A stretch of 63,050 nt of DNA, filler included, from Globobulimina sp. (GCA_003354225.1; 34 parts of 34 records of this genome joined end to end with filler, not necessarily neighbours in it); one strand, 5' to 3'. Numbered from the whole stretch's first letter, positions 1 through 10,852 are shown. The notes: a model not told the origin generated them from the sequence alone. A program made the numbers and translations.

Positions 1-527
1 ACGAAATGACGGTCATTTTGTTAAAAAAAAACAGAAATGACGGTCATTTTGTTAAAAAAAAAGCACACATTCACAGTATACAACAGTATACACAAATGAC
101 GAGAACATTTGAATCACTCCTGAAAAGTTAAATGTTACCTTTAACATTTTATTATTAACCTATTTTCCTTCCAAATATAATGAATAAGCGTGTTCATTGG
201 CGATGCCATATCACGAAGGCAGTAGGAGACACTACGATGCGTTGAATGAGATTACAAGACAAGACTAGTATTTTTCAAATTAATCAGAGGAAATGTACTA
301 TTTTACAAAGCAATACACCGTTAAACCAATTTGCTACACAATTCCCCTTTACCTTCCCTTTAAAATTAATTTGAATAAAAATATATTATTTAATTATAAA
401 TTTATATATCATTTATAATCATCATTAGAACTAAAAATTAAAACATTGCTCCATTTGATTTGATTTTGCATAAAATAATAAAAATAATAATCATTAATAA
501 CAATCATACAAATAAATATATTCAATG

Positions 528-1688
528 TCACGATTTATAGACTACAGCTGGTCCTGGATAGACAATAAAATTATTATTCTTGACAATATTAATATATTTA
601 TCTGTAATCCCAAGATCAATATTGGTTTTTTCGCGATAATTTATCCGTTTTAATGAAGAAGATATCATTTCCAATTTCTCTATGTGCGAATACGGTATTT
701 TCATTGATAACTTATCCCGTAAACACACATTGACATTCATCTTATTATCAACATTAATATTTTTATTATTATTCAATACCAATTGCAAATCGCTAACAAC
801 ATGCTTTTTTTTCTTGCTTTTCTTTTTCTTTTTGATTAATTTCTTATTTTTCACTTTCTCGCTCTCTGCGTTTGTATTCACATTCGAGCTCTCCATATTA
901 ATATTACTTAATTTCCTTTTTTTATTAGGCGTGGATGGCACCGCTACACTCGCTGTTATTTCACATGTATTTACCTCTGAAATGGATCGTTTTCGTTTCT
1001 TTTTTGCGATCAACGCAGCAATGGAATCAATACGTTTTCCTTTTTGCGATGTACTAAGCGGCGGTATGCACGATTTTGCACGATGCATTTCTTTGATTTT
1101 CAACGAGTCCGTCCGTTGACTTTGACTTTGCAATTTAATTTGGCTCAAATCTGACTGCGATCGCTCGATTCGCTCCATCAACGACAATGAGGCAACAACA
1201 TCACCCACACTTCGGTTGATTTTCCTTTTTTGAACCATTGCTTTATCCGTTTTATTCTCCACTTTACCATCATTTTTATCCTTTTCCTTATCCACTGCAT
1301 CATTTTTCTTCTTTTTGTCTGCTTTTTTTTGTTTTTTTTTACTGTTTTTCTTCTCTTTGCCCTTACTTTTATTATTCTTACTGGTTCTGATCACATTTGG
1401 CGTCGCTTGTTTCTCCTCCATTTTATCCTTACTTTTCTTTCCATTCTTATTCTTCGCCCGTTTGATACTTCTTATCTTCTGCTTTTCGTCCAAATTACTT
1501 CGGGTCGAACTCGTAGACCGCACACTATTCCTATCAATATTGATATTATTCTTATTACTTCGCGAACTGTACACTCTCTCCGCCTCTGCTGAGTCTGATC
1601 GCGATGTTGCACTGTTCCGCGACGACACACTATGCGACCTACTCGATCGCGATCTCGTTCTTAAACAAAAAAAATGCACACTCAACAC
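528..1688 (-). CDS. Lys/Ser/Arg-rich low-complexity hypothetical protein (ends uncertain)
   Basis: 386-aa ORF with RS-rich N-terminus, poly-K tracts and NLS-like PNKKRK. Confidence 0.55.
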   Translation of the reverse strand: MLSVHFFCLRTRSRSSRSHSVSSRNSATSRSDSAEAERVYSSRSNKNNINIDRNSVRSTSSTRSNLDEKQKIRSIKRAKNKNGKKSKDKMEEKQATPNVIRTSKNNKSKGKEKKNSKKKQKKADKKKKNDAVDKEKDKNDGKVENKTDKAMVQKRKINRSVGDVVASLSLMERIERSQSDLSQIKLQSQSQRTDSLKIKEMHRAKSCIPPLSTSQKGKRIDSIAALIAKKKRKRSISEVNTCEITASVAVPSTPNKKRKLSNINMESSNVNTNAESEKVKNKKLIKKKKKSKKKKHVVSDLQLVLNNNKNINVDNKMNVNVCLRDKLSMKIPYSHIEKLEMISSSLKRINYREKTNIDLGITDKYINIVKNNNFIVYPGPAVVYKS

Positions 1689-1759
1689 ATGGCATGCACA
1701 CTAAAAAAAAACTTACCTGCTTTGACTGTGACTGGCCGATCGAGAATGGCTTCGACTTG

Positions 1760-1859
1760 NNNNNNNNNNNNNNNNNNNNNNNNNNNNNNNNNNNNNNNNN
1801 NNNTTAATTAATTAANNNNNNNNNNNNNNNNNNNNNNNNNNNNNNNNNNNNNNNNNNNN
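1760..1859. other. Artificial contig spacer N44-TTAATTAATTAA-N44 (first of 33, recurring about every 1,857 bp; last at 61195-61294)
   Basis: Identical 100-nt N-padded linker with stops in all six frames; contig lengths fall steadily from 1759 to 1756. Confidence 0.98.
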
Positions 1860-1974
1860 TCTTGAGAAATATTGAATTTTATGTCAAATCGTTTTCACCA
1901 CCAATCTTAGAATATTTTTTTACATATTTCTATATTTTTTTTTTTTGTGTGGGAGCAAACCTGTGATTTTTAAA

Positions 1975-2779
1975 ATCATTCTCGATCATTCTCGATTCTA
2001 GCTATTTTCGAAAACTTGATTTAGTGGTCAATCCTTTCCTCAAGGCAAGTGTAAACTATTATTGTGTTTATTTGTGTGCCATCCATAACCATTATTTGTT
2101 ATTATTTGCACTTGGCCATGCACTAGGCCATCCATAACCATCCAATATTTGTCATTTTTTATCTTTCATCCAAATCTATATTTTATCCCCCTTTTTTCAT
2201 CTTTATTTTCTCTTTTTTTCCTTCAAATCCATTATCCCATCAAATTAAATTCAATTTAATCCAATTTATAATTCAATATCAACTCAATTAATCCAATTTA
2301 ATCAACATTCAATTAATTCATTTAACTCGAATACAATTTCCCATCATATATTTATTTGCTTGAATTTGGTGGTGTACGTACATTGCACGTGGTACATTGT
2401 CACCAAATAATCATTCATCTGATGACGCCGCCTCAGGGATTGAACCTGAATCTTCTGGGTACATATAACCAGTGCTCTACTTGAGCTAGGCGATTAAATA
2501 AATTGCTTTCACGTTGGTCATCTCAGTCTCATCTGGTTTGTTGACTTTGTTCTTCTTTTTTTGATTTTTATTCTTTGGGGTTTGATTGCTTTTGATGGTT
2601 TTGGCGCAGCATATTCCCTTAAAAGCTGTCCTGGTCTCGACTTTGTATCCAAACGTGGTTTTCTTCGTGCAACAGGTGGTGCAGAAGGTAGACTTTGCTT
2701 GTTCGTGGCCTCAGATTGTACGTTGCCATGTTCTGACTAGAAAAAAAAAGTTAGTTTATCGAGAATGATCGAGAATGAT
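1975..2779. mobile_element. Non-autonomous TIR (MITE-like) element of about 805 bp
   Basis: Perfect 22-bp inverted repeats ATCATTCTCGATCATTCTCGAT (1975-1996) and ATCGAGAATGATCGAGAATGAT (2758-2779); no long ORF inside; no clear TSD. Confidence 0.5.
2426..2495 (-). repeat. tRNA-like / tRNA-derived SINE-type element, copy 1
   Basis: Minus strand reads CGCC-TA-GCTC-AAGTA-GAGC-A-CTGG..CCAG-..-TCAGG-TTCAATC-CCTGA-GGCG. It has A-box and B-box-like motifs, but a short D loop and an irregular anticodon arm. Confidence 0.7.
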
Positions 2780-3120
2780 CTATTATGCAAATTTCATTTT
2801 TAGAAAGAACAAACAACCGCAGACCAAAAAAAAAGGTACGTCACCATACCAAATGATATTATTTGATTATATACCAAATATAAAGTTGATAGCACAAAGT
2901 TATGGCATAGTTGAATAATTCGAAATATTTCACAAAGCTATTGCACGAATCTCAAAACAAGGTCCAAGTGCAGATCCTGAATTCTTAGAACTAGTTAGAA
3001 GTCAGAATAAAAGGCATTAAAATTGTATGTGAAATAACAAGAAGCTTTGGGTTTATATCAAAATGTAGAGGATCCGGATGATGGATATGGTACAACAAAA
3101 GCTCAACAAGCAAATGAGGT

Positions 3121-3618
3121 TTAAAGTGCCTTCAAAATACATAAATATTTTTGTTGTCTGTCTTTATCTTTCGTTTTTTTCCAATATACAGCAAAAGCAA
3201 AAGCCACCAACACCATCACTATGCCAACTATAAATAAGTAAATCTTCATACCATTTCTTATGCTGACTCGCCATTTGAACATCATGTTTATAAAATAACT
3301 CCCGAGTATCCAACACATCGCGAGTGGAAAGACCATCGTCATTAAAATCAGCAAAATAAAATAATGCTTCATCTAAAACATGCTGCGGGAAATTATCAAA
3401 CTGCTTATCATGAATATCCTGCCACACCGCCCAGGCCAAATCAACATAGCCGTGCAACATAAAAAATAACGGATCGTTTGGGCTCCACGGGATTTGCATT
3501 TGATGTCCACCAACTATTCGATGTAAAGTACTGTGCGCAATGCTACACTCAGACGCATTGCGCGGATTACAGCCTTCGAGTTGCGCTCTGAATGAACGCG
3601 CACAGTGACTGGTATCCC
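3121..3618 (-). CDS. Tyrosinase-family protein, C-terminal fragment (CuB site) with an apparent frameshift before the TM anchor
   Basis: HSTLHRIVGGHQM...SPNDPLFFMLHGYVD is a CuB signature. The hydrophobic helix and basic tail (IYLFIVGIVMVLVAFAFAVYWKK) lie in a different frame. Confidence 0.8.
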
Positions 3619-3718
3619 NNNNNNNNNNNNNNNNNNNNNNNNNNNNNNNNNNNNNNNNNNNNTTAATTAATTAANNNNNNNNNNNNNNNNNNNNNNNNNN
3701 NNNNNNNNNNNNNNNNNN

Positions 3719-5213
3719 CATACAACGCGGTATTGTCTGCTACGTCTTTTATACATTGTTTGTTTGCGCCCACAGTGCCATCGCCGCCCATCCCCCAAAA
3801 CATGGCCTGGGTCAACGACTTTGGTAAAGAGGATAACGACTCGTCCACCAACGTTTTACTATATGCCAACGAGGTATGGGTCACATCGTCATTTATTCCA
3901 ATCACATAATGATTTTTCGCTGGCGACGCATTTAAATTGTCATAGACTGCTCGAATCATTGAGGGTGTAAATTCTTTGGATGATAAACCATATATTCCGC
4001 CCGTCAATACATCTATTTTATGACTGGCGTTATCAAATAAAGACATGGCGACATCTAAGTGTAATGGTTGCGATTGGGCGCCATCTTCGAGAGTGCGGTC
4101 CAAGACTGCTATTTTCTTGACAGAGCTGGGTAAGGCACCTAAAAAATGTTTGGCAGACCACGGGCGAAATAATCTCACTTTTAAGAGACCAACGTTTTCG
4201 CCGCGCTTATTGAGTTCGTCGATGGTCTGTTCCACCGTATCGCAGCCACTCCCCATCAAAATCACGCATCGATCTGCATTCTCTGCGCCATAATAGTCGA
4301 ATAATTGGTATTTACGACCAAATATGCGATGAAAATCGTTCATGGTGGTTTCAATTAGCTGTGCCGCATTGGTATAGTACTTATTGTTGGCAATTAAGGC
4401 TTGGAAATATATATCCGGCCCTTGGGCCGTACCCCTCATATTTGCGGCATTCACATTAATCGCAATATTACGCAAATTATTTTCTAGATCTTGCCATGGA
4501 TACATTTCCTTGATTTGATTGTCATTAAATAATGAAATTTTATGTACAGTGGACGAAGTGCGCCAACCATCAAAGAAATGAATAAAAGGCAGTCGTGTTT
4601 TCAATGACGCACAATGACTGATAATGGCCAAGTCTTGGGATTCTTGCGGATTATTCGAGCATAGCATGGCAACCCCAGTTTGCCGACAGGCCATAACGTC
4701 CTGGTGGTCACCGAAAATAGAGAGGGCCTGTTTGGTAATGGACCTCGCAGCGACATGGAACACAGCGGGCAATAACTCGCCTGAAAACTGATACAAATTC
4801 GGTATCATTAATAACAAGCCTTGCGATGCAGTGAATGTGGTAGCTAAGGCACCAGACACTGCGGCACCATGCATTGCTCCAACGGCACCGGCTTCCGACT
4901 GCATCTCATGGACACTTACCGGCATCTCACCGATTACTGAGTGACGTCCAGCCACACTCCATTCATCAAATTGCTCACTCATTGCGGTTGAAGGGGTGAT
5001 GGGATAAATAAATGCTACTTCAGACAATGCATATGCTGCATTTGCACATGCTTCACCACCATCCATTGGTGCTGTTGCTACTGTTACTGTTTCTGTTGCT
5101 GCTTCTGATGCTTTCTCGTCTGTTTTGCATGTTGACGATACTGAGGCTCGCAAACATGATTGCAACGATTGAATTTGTGATAGGTTACGTTTGTTTCGTA
5201 AAAGTCGTAGCAT
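3719..5213 (-). CDS. PFO: Pyruvate:ferredoxin/flavodoxin oxidoreductase (PFOR, or PNO) N-terminal part with putative mitochondrial presequence; 3' truncated
   Basis: Motifs AFIYPITPST, EMQSEAGA, TTFTASQGLLLMIPN, IFGDHQDVMACRQTG, GTAQGPDIYFQ and FWGMGGDGTVGANK; about 45-aa N-terminal extension. Confidence 0.96.
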
Positions 5214-5271
5214 CCTGCAACAAAATTAAAGTGTTTTTGAAGCTCTAACTGTCTAACAACCAAATTTAAAA

Positions 5272-5329
5272 ACCGTTACATTTAAAGTCAACTTATTCCT
5301 AAGAGGATCGCATGCCAGCGGCGTGGATT
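5272..5329. repeat. 58-bp dispersed conserved element, copy 1 (upstream of PFOR)
   Basis: 52/58 identical to 59254-59311. Confidence 0.85.
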
Positions 5330-5332
5330 TAT

Positions 5333-5461
5333 AAGAGCATCCGGTTTTCAGCGTCAGATTTTTATTGTTTCTGAGAAACGAAGGCAAACCTATATTATTT
5401 TTACCTTTATCAGTCACCAGAAACCTGAATAAAAATCTGACGCTGAAGACCGGATGCTCTT
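5333..5461. mobile_element. Small foldback/MITE-like element with 34-bp TIRs
   Basis: AAGAGCATCCGGTTTTCAGCGTCAGATTTTTATT versus the reverse complement at 5428-5461, one mismatch. Confidence 0.75.
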
Positions 5462-5577
5462 TTCTATCCCCTCTTGTNNNNNNNNNNNNNNNNNNNNNNN
5501 NNNNNNNNNNNNNNNNNNNNNTTAATTAATTAANNNNNNNNNNNNNNNNNNNNNNNNNNNNNNNNNNNNNNNNNNNN

Positions 5578-5967
5578 AAGGCCATCCAGCGTTACCATTT
5601 CTCCCGTACGGATTGCACCGGTCACTCCCCGCACTCCCATAACAGCGGGGATACCGTAATCCCTGGCTATAAGTGCACCGTGGCTCAGCAAACCTCCGGT
5701 TTCGGTAACGAGTCCGGCAAGCATAGGAAAAACACAGGTCCATCCGGGATCTGTGTTTATGGTGATCAGTATCTCACCTGGTTTTATCTGATCAAGCTGT
5801 TCCAGGCTGGTGACCACACGAGCCGGTGCGCTAACCTTGCCCTGGACCGCGGGCAATCCGGAAGCAACATAGTTCCCTTCTCCCGAATCAGCTTGAATTT
5901 TCCTGCATGAATCAGCGGGGTCATCATCGACCTCTACATCGTCGCCGGGTGCTATCAATATGCCCAA
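5578..5967 (-). CDS. Bacterial-type PEP-utilizing enzyme mobile (His) domain fragment (PEP synthase / rifampin phosphotransferase-like)
   Basis: GEILITINTDPGWT...GLVTETGGLLSHGALIARDYGIPAV; clearly higher GC than the rest of the contig. Confidence 0.9.
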
Positions 5968-7436
5968 TAATCGAACCGGTAATGCAATAATTAATTATGC
6001 AAAAATACAATCACATAATCAGGCACATACAAATATTAATGAACACATTCATATTGATATGAATATGCATATTTCTGCACATATACCGATTATCAAAGCA
6101 AAAACATTATTAATGCCGCAACATTATGGCAATATTGGGCATGGTGCAGTGGCATCATTGGGAACCCAAATTAATGTAAAAACACCAACCCAAAGGTATC
6201 AAGGTTCCCCAGAGCATAATATATTATTTTCTGGACCGCAATCAATCACAGAATTTATGCCATTAACGGATGAAAGTAAAACAAATAGCAATACCAATGT
6301 AACACCGATGAGCCAAACTGATCACAGTATAAGTAATCGTAATATAGCATTTAAACCCGCAAACAAAACTGGATCCATTCCGGTCATAAACAAATACAGA
6401 AAACCACATAAAATTATGGGTTTTTGATTTTTATAATTTCTAGGTTTTTGATTATGGGTTTTTATCTCCATATTTCTACGTTTAATTTGACATTAAATAT
6501 TTATAATAAAAGAGAATTTTGACATTCAATATTTCTAGTTTTGTCTGATTCGAATTCAATATTAATGCAACAAAACATATTGATTTGCATTAAATTGATG
6601 AATCAAAGTTTTGTGTCAAGTTCTATGTTATGACATTATATTAAATTGTCCCCGGAAACAGTTTGTTTAGTTTTTCTCTCTGTTTTTGTGTTTGATTAAT
6701 TTGAAAATCTGTTTTTGTGTTGTCTTACATTTTCTTGATAATTTACAATTTAAATATTTCGGAAATACATCGGACTTCATAATGAAAGTTGGCATCGGAA
6801 ATACAGACATTGTGAAATATGTCCTAAGTCAGCAAACTAGTCGTCGGTAAACAACGTAACGCTGAAGACAAAAAATACAAAAACGTTTTTCATAATTGAA
6901 AAAAAAAAGTGATTTACAAGAGGAACAACTCATACGTACCAACACAATGTCACTTCCATTCCAAACAAAAAAAAACAAAAAAACAATTCTATATTAAATA
7001 TCTGTTTCAGTGCAAGGATAGTTTTTGTTTTTGTACTCCAAAAAAAAACAAAACCAACAAAAACATGACAAAATATTTTTTATTTATTTTTTTTACAAAC
7101 AACGGGAATGATAATTTTTGCCAATGTTTGCATAGAAAGTTAAATTTATCATTAATGATTATTATAATTAATAATTGAATTTGAGAATGAGATAAAATCA
7201 GATATTGTTCAATAAGATATTAATAATTAATTTATTATCCGCTCCATTAATATAACACCCATAGTCCCATAATAATAAATTAATGAATGAATGACCTTAA
7301 CCCCAGCATAAAATTAAAAAAAAAACAAAAAAAAACNNNNNNNNNNNNNNNNNNNNNNNNNNNNNNNNNNNNNNNNNNNNTTAATTAATTAANNNNNNNN
7401 NNNNNNNNNNNNNNNNNNNNNNNNNNNNNNNNNNNN

Positions 7437-7512
7437 CTTTACTGTATTCATATTCATCGTATGGTTCATCATACTCATATTCATCGTATTTTTCATCATA
7501 TTCGAAGGCCAT
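7437..7512 (-). CDS. 5' end of a tandem paralog of the adjacent 3CxxC zinc-finger gene
   Basis: MAFEYDEKYDEYEYDEPYDEYEYSK nearly matches the N-terminus at about 8686-8760; upstream DNA is also similar. Confidence 0.75.
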
Positions 7513-7622
7513 AGTGAGTAGATAAAAGTAAGGATGTTTGAGAATTATTTCTTAGTAAAAAAGCCAAGTTACGAAAAAAAAAAGGAGGTGACATAAATTA
7601 AAATATATCAATAACAAACAAT

Positions 7623-8771
7623 TTAAAAAAGAGACTGAAAAGGATAGTTTATTATTTCTCCTCTTCCTTTTTTATAAACCTTATTTTGTCTTTCATTGTT
7701 TTGTTTATTATTTCTTGATTTAACATTCGCAGCTGGTCTTGTTTGTTTTTGTAGCTTTTTGTTTCTATTTCTGAAATTATTCTGATTTGGTGAGAAATTA
7801 TTTTGTACATAATAAAATTGTTTGGTATTAACATAATGACAGTATACATATGGTTTAATATCAAACACGTAATGTTTATAACCACCCAATTGATCATACC
7901 CATCAATATGTTGTTGCACTGGCATTAAAAATGAACTCTTAACAGTATCATCATATTCATTTATCTTCCATATTGATTGAATATTATCATTTAATAATGC
8001 ATCAAAAATAGTAGCTGGCTGCACAAATAATAAACGACAATCTGTCCAAATATCACATGCTTCACATAAATCATTTCTATGCGGAGCATTTGGCTCATTT
8101 CGAGTGTTGCCTTTTTTTGGTTTGAGATCATATTTGATAAATCTTGCAGTATTACCACAATTTGCACATTTATATCTTGTTGGTGGTTTAAATGTATTTG
8201 GATCTAATAAACATATTCCAACCTTAAATACTCGGCCTTTGCAAATATGATTAAAACATTTAAAATAGCCAGAAACTGTGCAAATATGGACTCCAAATCT
8301 AGGATCTGGTTTTAATGCGCCACCACATACTACACAATCACCTGCTTCTTTTTCATCATCGTCAGGAATACCTTTACCATCTCGATATTGTTGAGAACTC
8401 ATTCGGATTAAATGTTTAATTACAGAAAGCGTGTCAGGATCATCAGTTTGAACTTGAAAACCAAAATAAGAATGAACATTATTATTACGCACTTCCCATT
8501 TACCACTGCCATGTTTAATAACATGGAAATCTCGATCAATAGCTAAAGATTTTGGCAATTTTGAAAGTAATTCTTGTGGTGATATATATTGTACGTTGAT
8601 TGATTCCTTGGAATTGCATTTAGCCTGTAAACAATACACGATTGCGTTATAAACTGCTGTCTCAACTTCATATTTTGCTTGATCCTCTTTACTATATTCA
8701 TATTCATCGCATGGTTCATCATACTCATATTCATCGTATTTTTCATCACATTCAAACATATTCTTCATCAT
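7623..8771 (-). CDS. 3CxxC-type (ZAR1/RTP-like) zinc-finger protein
   Basis: GYFKCxxxxC...KCANC...PHRNDLCEAC pattern plus an extra CVVC pair; acidic Y/D/E N-terminus. Confidence 0.65.
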   Translation of the reverse strand: MMKNMFECDEKYDEYEYDEPCDEYEYSKEDQAKYEVETAVYNAIVYCLQAKCNSKESINVQYISPQELLSKLPKSLAIDRDFHVIKHGSGKWEVRNNNVHSYFGFQVQTDDPDTLSVIKHLIRMSSQQYRDGKGIPDDDEKEAGDCVVCGGALKPDPRFGVHICTVSGYFKCFNHICKGRVFKVGICLLDPNTFKPPTRYKCANCGNTARFIKYDLKPKKGNTRNEPNAPHRNDLCEACDIWTDCRLLFVQPATIFDALLNDNIQSIWKINEYDDTVKSSFLMPVQQHIDGYDQLGGYKHYVFDIKPYVYCHYVNTKQFYYVQNNFSPNQNNFRNRNKKLQKQTRPAANVKSRNNKQNNERQNKVYKKGRGEIINYPFQSLF

Positions 8772-10771
8772 GTGTGAGAAAAGCAAGGTTGTTTGAGAAT
8801 TAGTTTTAGTAAAATCAATTTTTTTTTATATCACAGTCGCGAAAAGTCAAGTTGACGAAAAGTTTTTCTCGTAACTATCCAAGTTATGAAATTTTAGAAA
8901 CACTTGATTAAAAATCAACGTTTATTACAAAACCGAATCCAAAACAACAATTCCTTCGAGAGTACTAACATATTCCTCGCCAAACCCAATAGTATTTAAT
9001 ACATTTTTAACTTCCTCTTTCTTATCAAACATTTCCTTATTTAATTCCTTAATTTTATGTGATAATAATTTTAAAAATACAAATGCAATAAAACACCATG
9101 TTTTTGATGTAAATGTAGGAATAGCTTCATGTATATCAAATGTATGAATTAATAAATGAATATCATTGCAAACCATTGATATTAACATCGGTTTNNNNNN
9201 NNNNNNNNNNNNNNNNNNNNNNNNNNNNNNNNNNNNNNTTAATTAATTAANNNNNNNNNNNNNNNNNNNNNNNNNNNNNNNNNNNNNNNNNNNNTAGCCA
9301 AAAAATCTATGGGAGGAAATGACTATTTTTCACTTTTTTGCCTTCTAAAGTGATTTTTATGGTTAAATTTCGATATAATATGGACATGGAGCATAGACTA
9401 CTTGTTGTTAGTGGTTTAAAACAGTCTTTTCACGAATTTTCATAGGTTTTCATACCAAAAAAAACGTCAGTGCGTCAACACGAATTTGTGCATTTTTATA
9501 TTGTTTTATACATTGTGCGGACGGATTCTCCTAATCAGGCATGCTTACTTCGGTTTCAGCTGCTTTTCTTGACCCCCTTGTAAATCGTTTACTTGACTAC
9601 CTTCAACATTGAACCAATCAGACCATATCATATCGTTTACACTTGCCATTTCTTTCTCCGAATTAGTCCGATCAAAACTGAAAATATAAACTATATAAAC
9701 TAATTTGTAAAACATTATGACGCAATAATGTACTGTTCTGTTATCACTGGCCATTTCAAGAATGTGACTGTTAAAAATTAAAAAAAAGAAAAGCAGGAAC
9801 CACACGGCACTTACTGTATTTGTTCATTTTGTTGACTACCAAGTCCATATTGAATATTTCCTCCATCCGAGAGAACCGGTCGGTGACTGAAAAATGTATC
9901 ACATACATACGGTAAGTAGACTGTCAGTTCAGTATATATCAAATCAAAACATACAGTATGTACAGCACAACACAGTAATGTTTTTTAAGATCAAGTCACT
10001 GAGGGTGCGGGGTACTGTAATGGTTACTTTGATTACACAATAGCCTCTTCTCAACAGGACATACTCAATACCATAATTATTTACTATTACCACGCGGATG
10101 CATGGAATGGACAAGGACATTATGTAACCACGTCAAAATGTCGTGAAAACACAAAACTGATTGAGTAATAATGCGATCTATGAAGCAAGTGGCATGAATA
10201 CAAATAAATAAGAAGCAACAAAAATTGGCTTACGATGGATGAGCAGATCCAACAGTTGTATCCAAATCTTTGTCTCCTTGTATGACTGCCTTAAGTCTAA
10301 AAACGATGACAAAGGTTAAACTGTATATTACTATTTATTTATATACAGCTTCGCTTGCTTCAATCTTAGGATTAACTTTAATGCTTCATTCATGCCTTTG
10401 ACTAAATGTTTGAAGCAATCGCGAAAAGGGGCACCTCGATGGTGTGGAGCCATAATGAGCAAAGTACAGTAAAGTCGTTAAAAATGAAATAGTTATAATT
10501 ATCGTATGAAAGCGTTTTATAATTTAATTTTGATAAATACTGTACTTGGCTCCTTTTGGCTCCAAGCCATCGATCTGTATCTGACTGTTTCAGCTTTACT
10601 ATAACTCCTCACTTCACAGACAAAAAGTAGAAACTGTTGTGGACGTGGCTACACAACAGAGAGTGGCCCACTTAGACTTCCCAAAAGTAAAACTAATTGG
10701 AAAACAAAGTTATATGGCGATATAGGCAAAAAAAATGGAAAAGCATAATTTTTTCATGAAATTTCACTACT

Positions 10772-10852
10772 TGGGTTTTGTGTTTGGGTTTTTGGGTATG
10801 TGGGGGTTAAGTACTTGGGTGTGGGTATTGGGTTTTGGGTATTTGGGTTTTT
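10772..10852 (+). repeat. Degenerate T(n)GGG telomere-like / G-quadruplex-prone tract
   Basis: About nine GGG runs separated by short T-rich spacers. Confidence 0.55.

Noticed and set aside
3-62. Tandem duplication GAAATGACGGTCATTTTGTTAAAAAAAAA (two copies)
   Set aside because: Lies at the contig edge and is likely a simple repeat or assembly artefact.
682-1704. Hydrophobic plus-strand ORFs (similar ones at 37111, 54136 and 57246)
   Set aside because: Antisense shadows of K-rich or Q/N-rich genes.
2426-2495. Functional tRNA gene call
   Set aside because: The acceptor stem is only 5 bp, the D loop lacks GG, and the anticodon loop is irregular, so it is recorded as tRNA-like.
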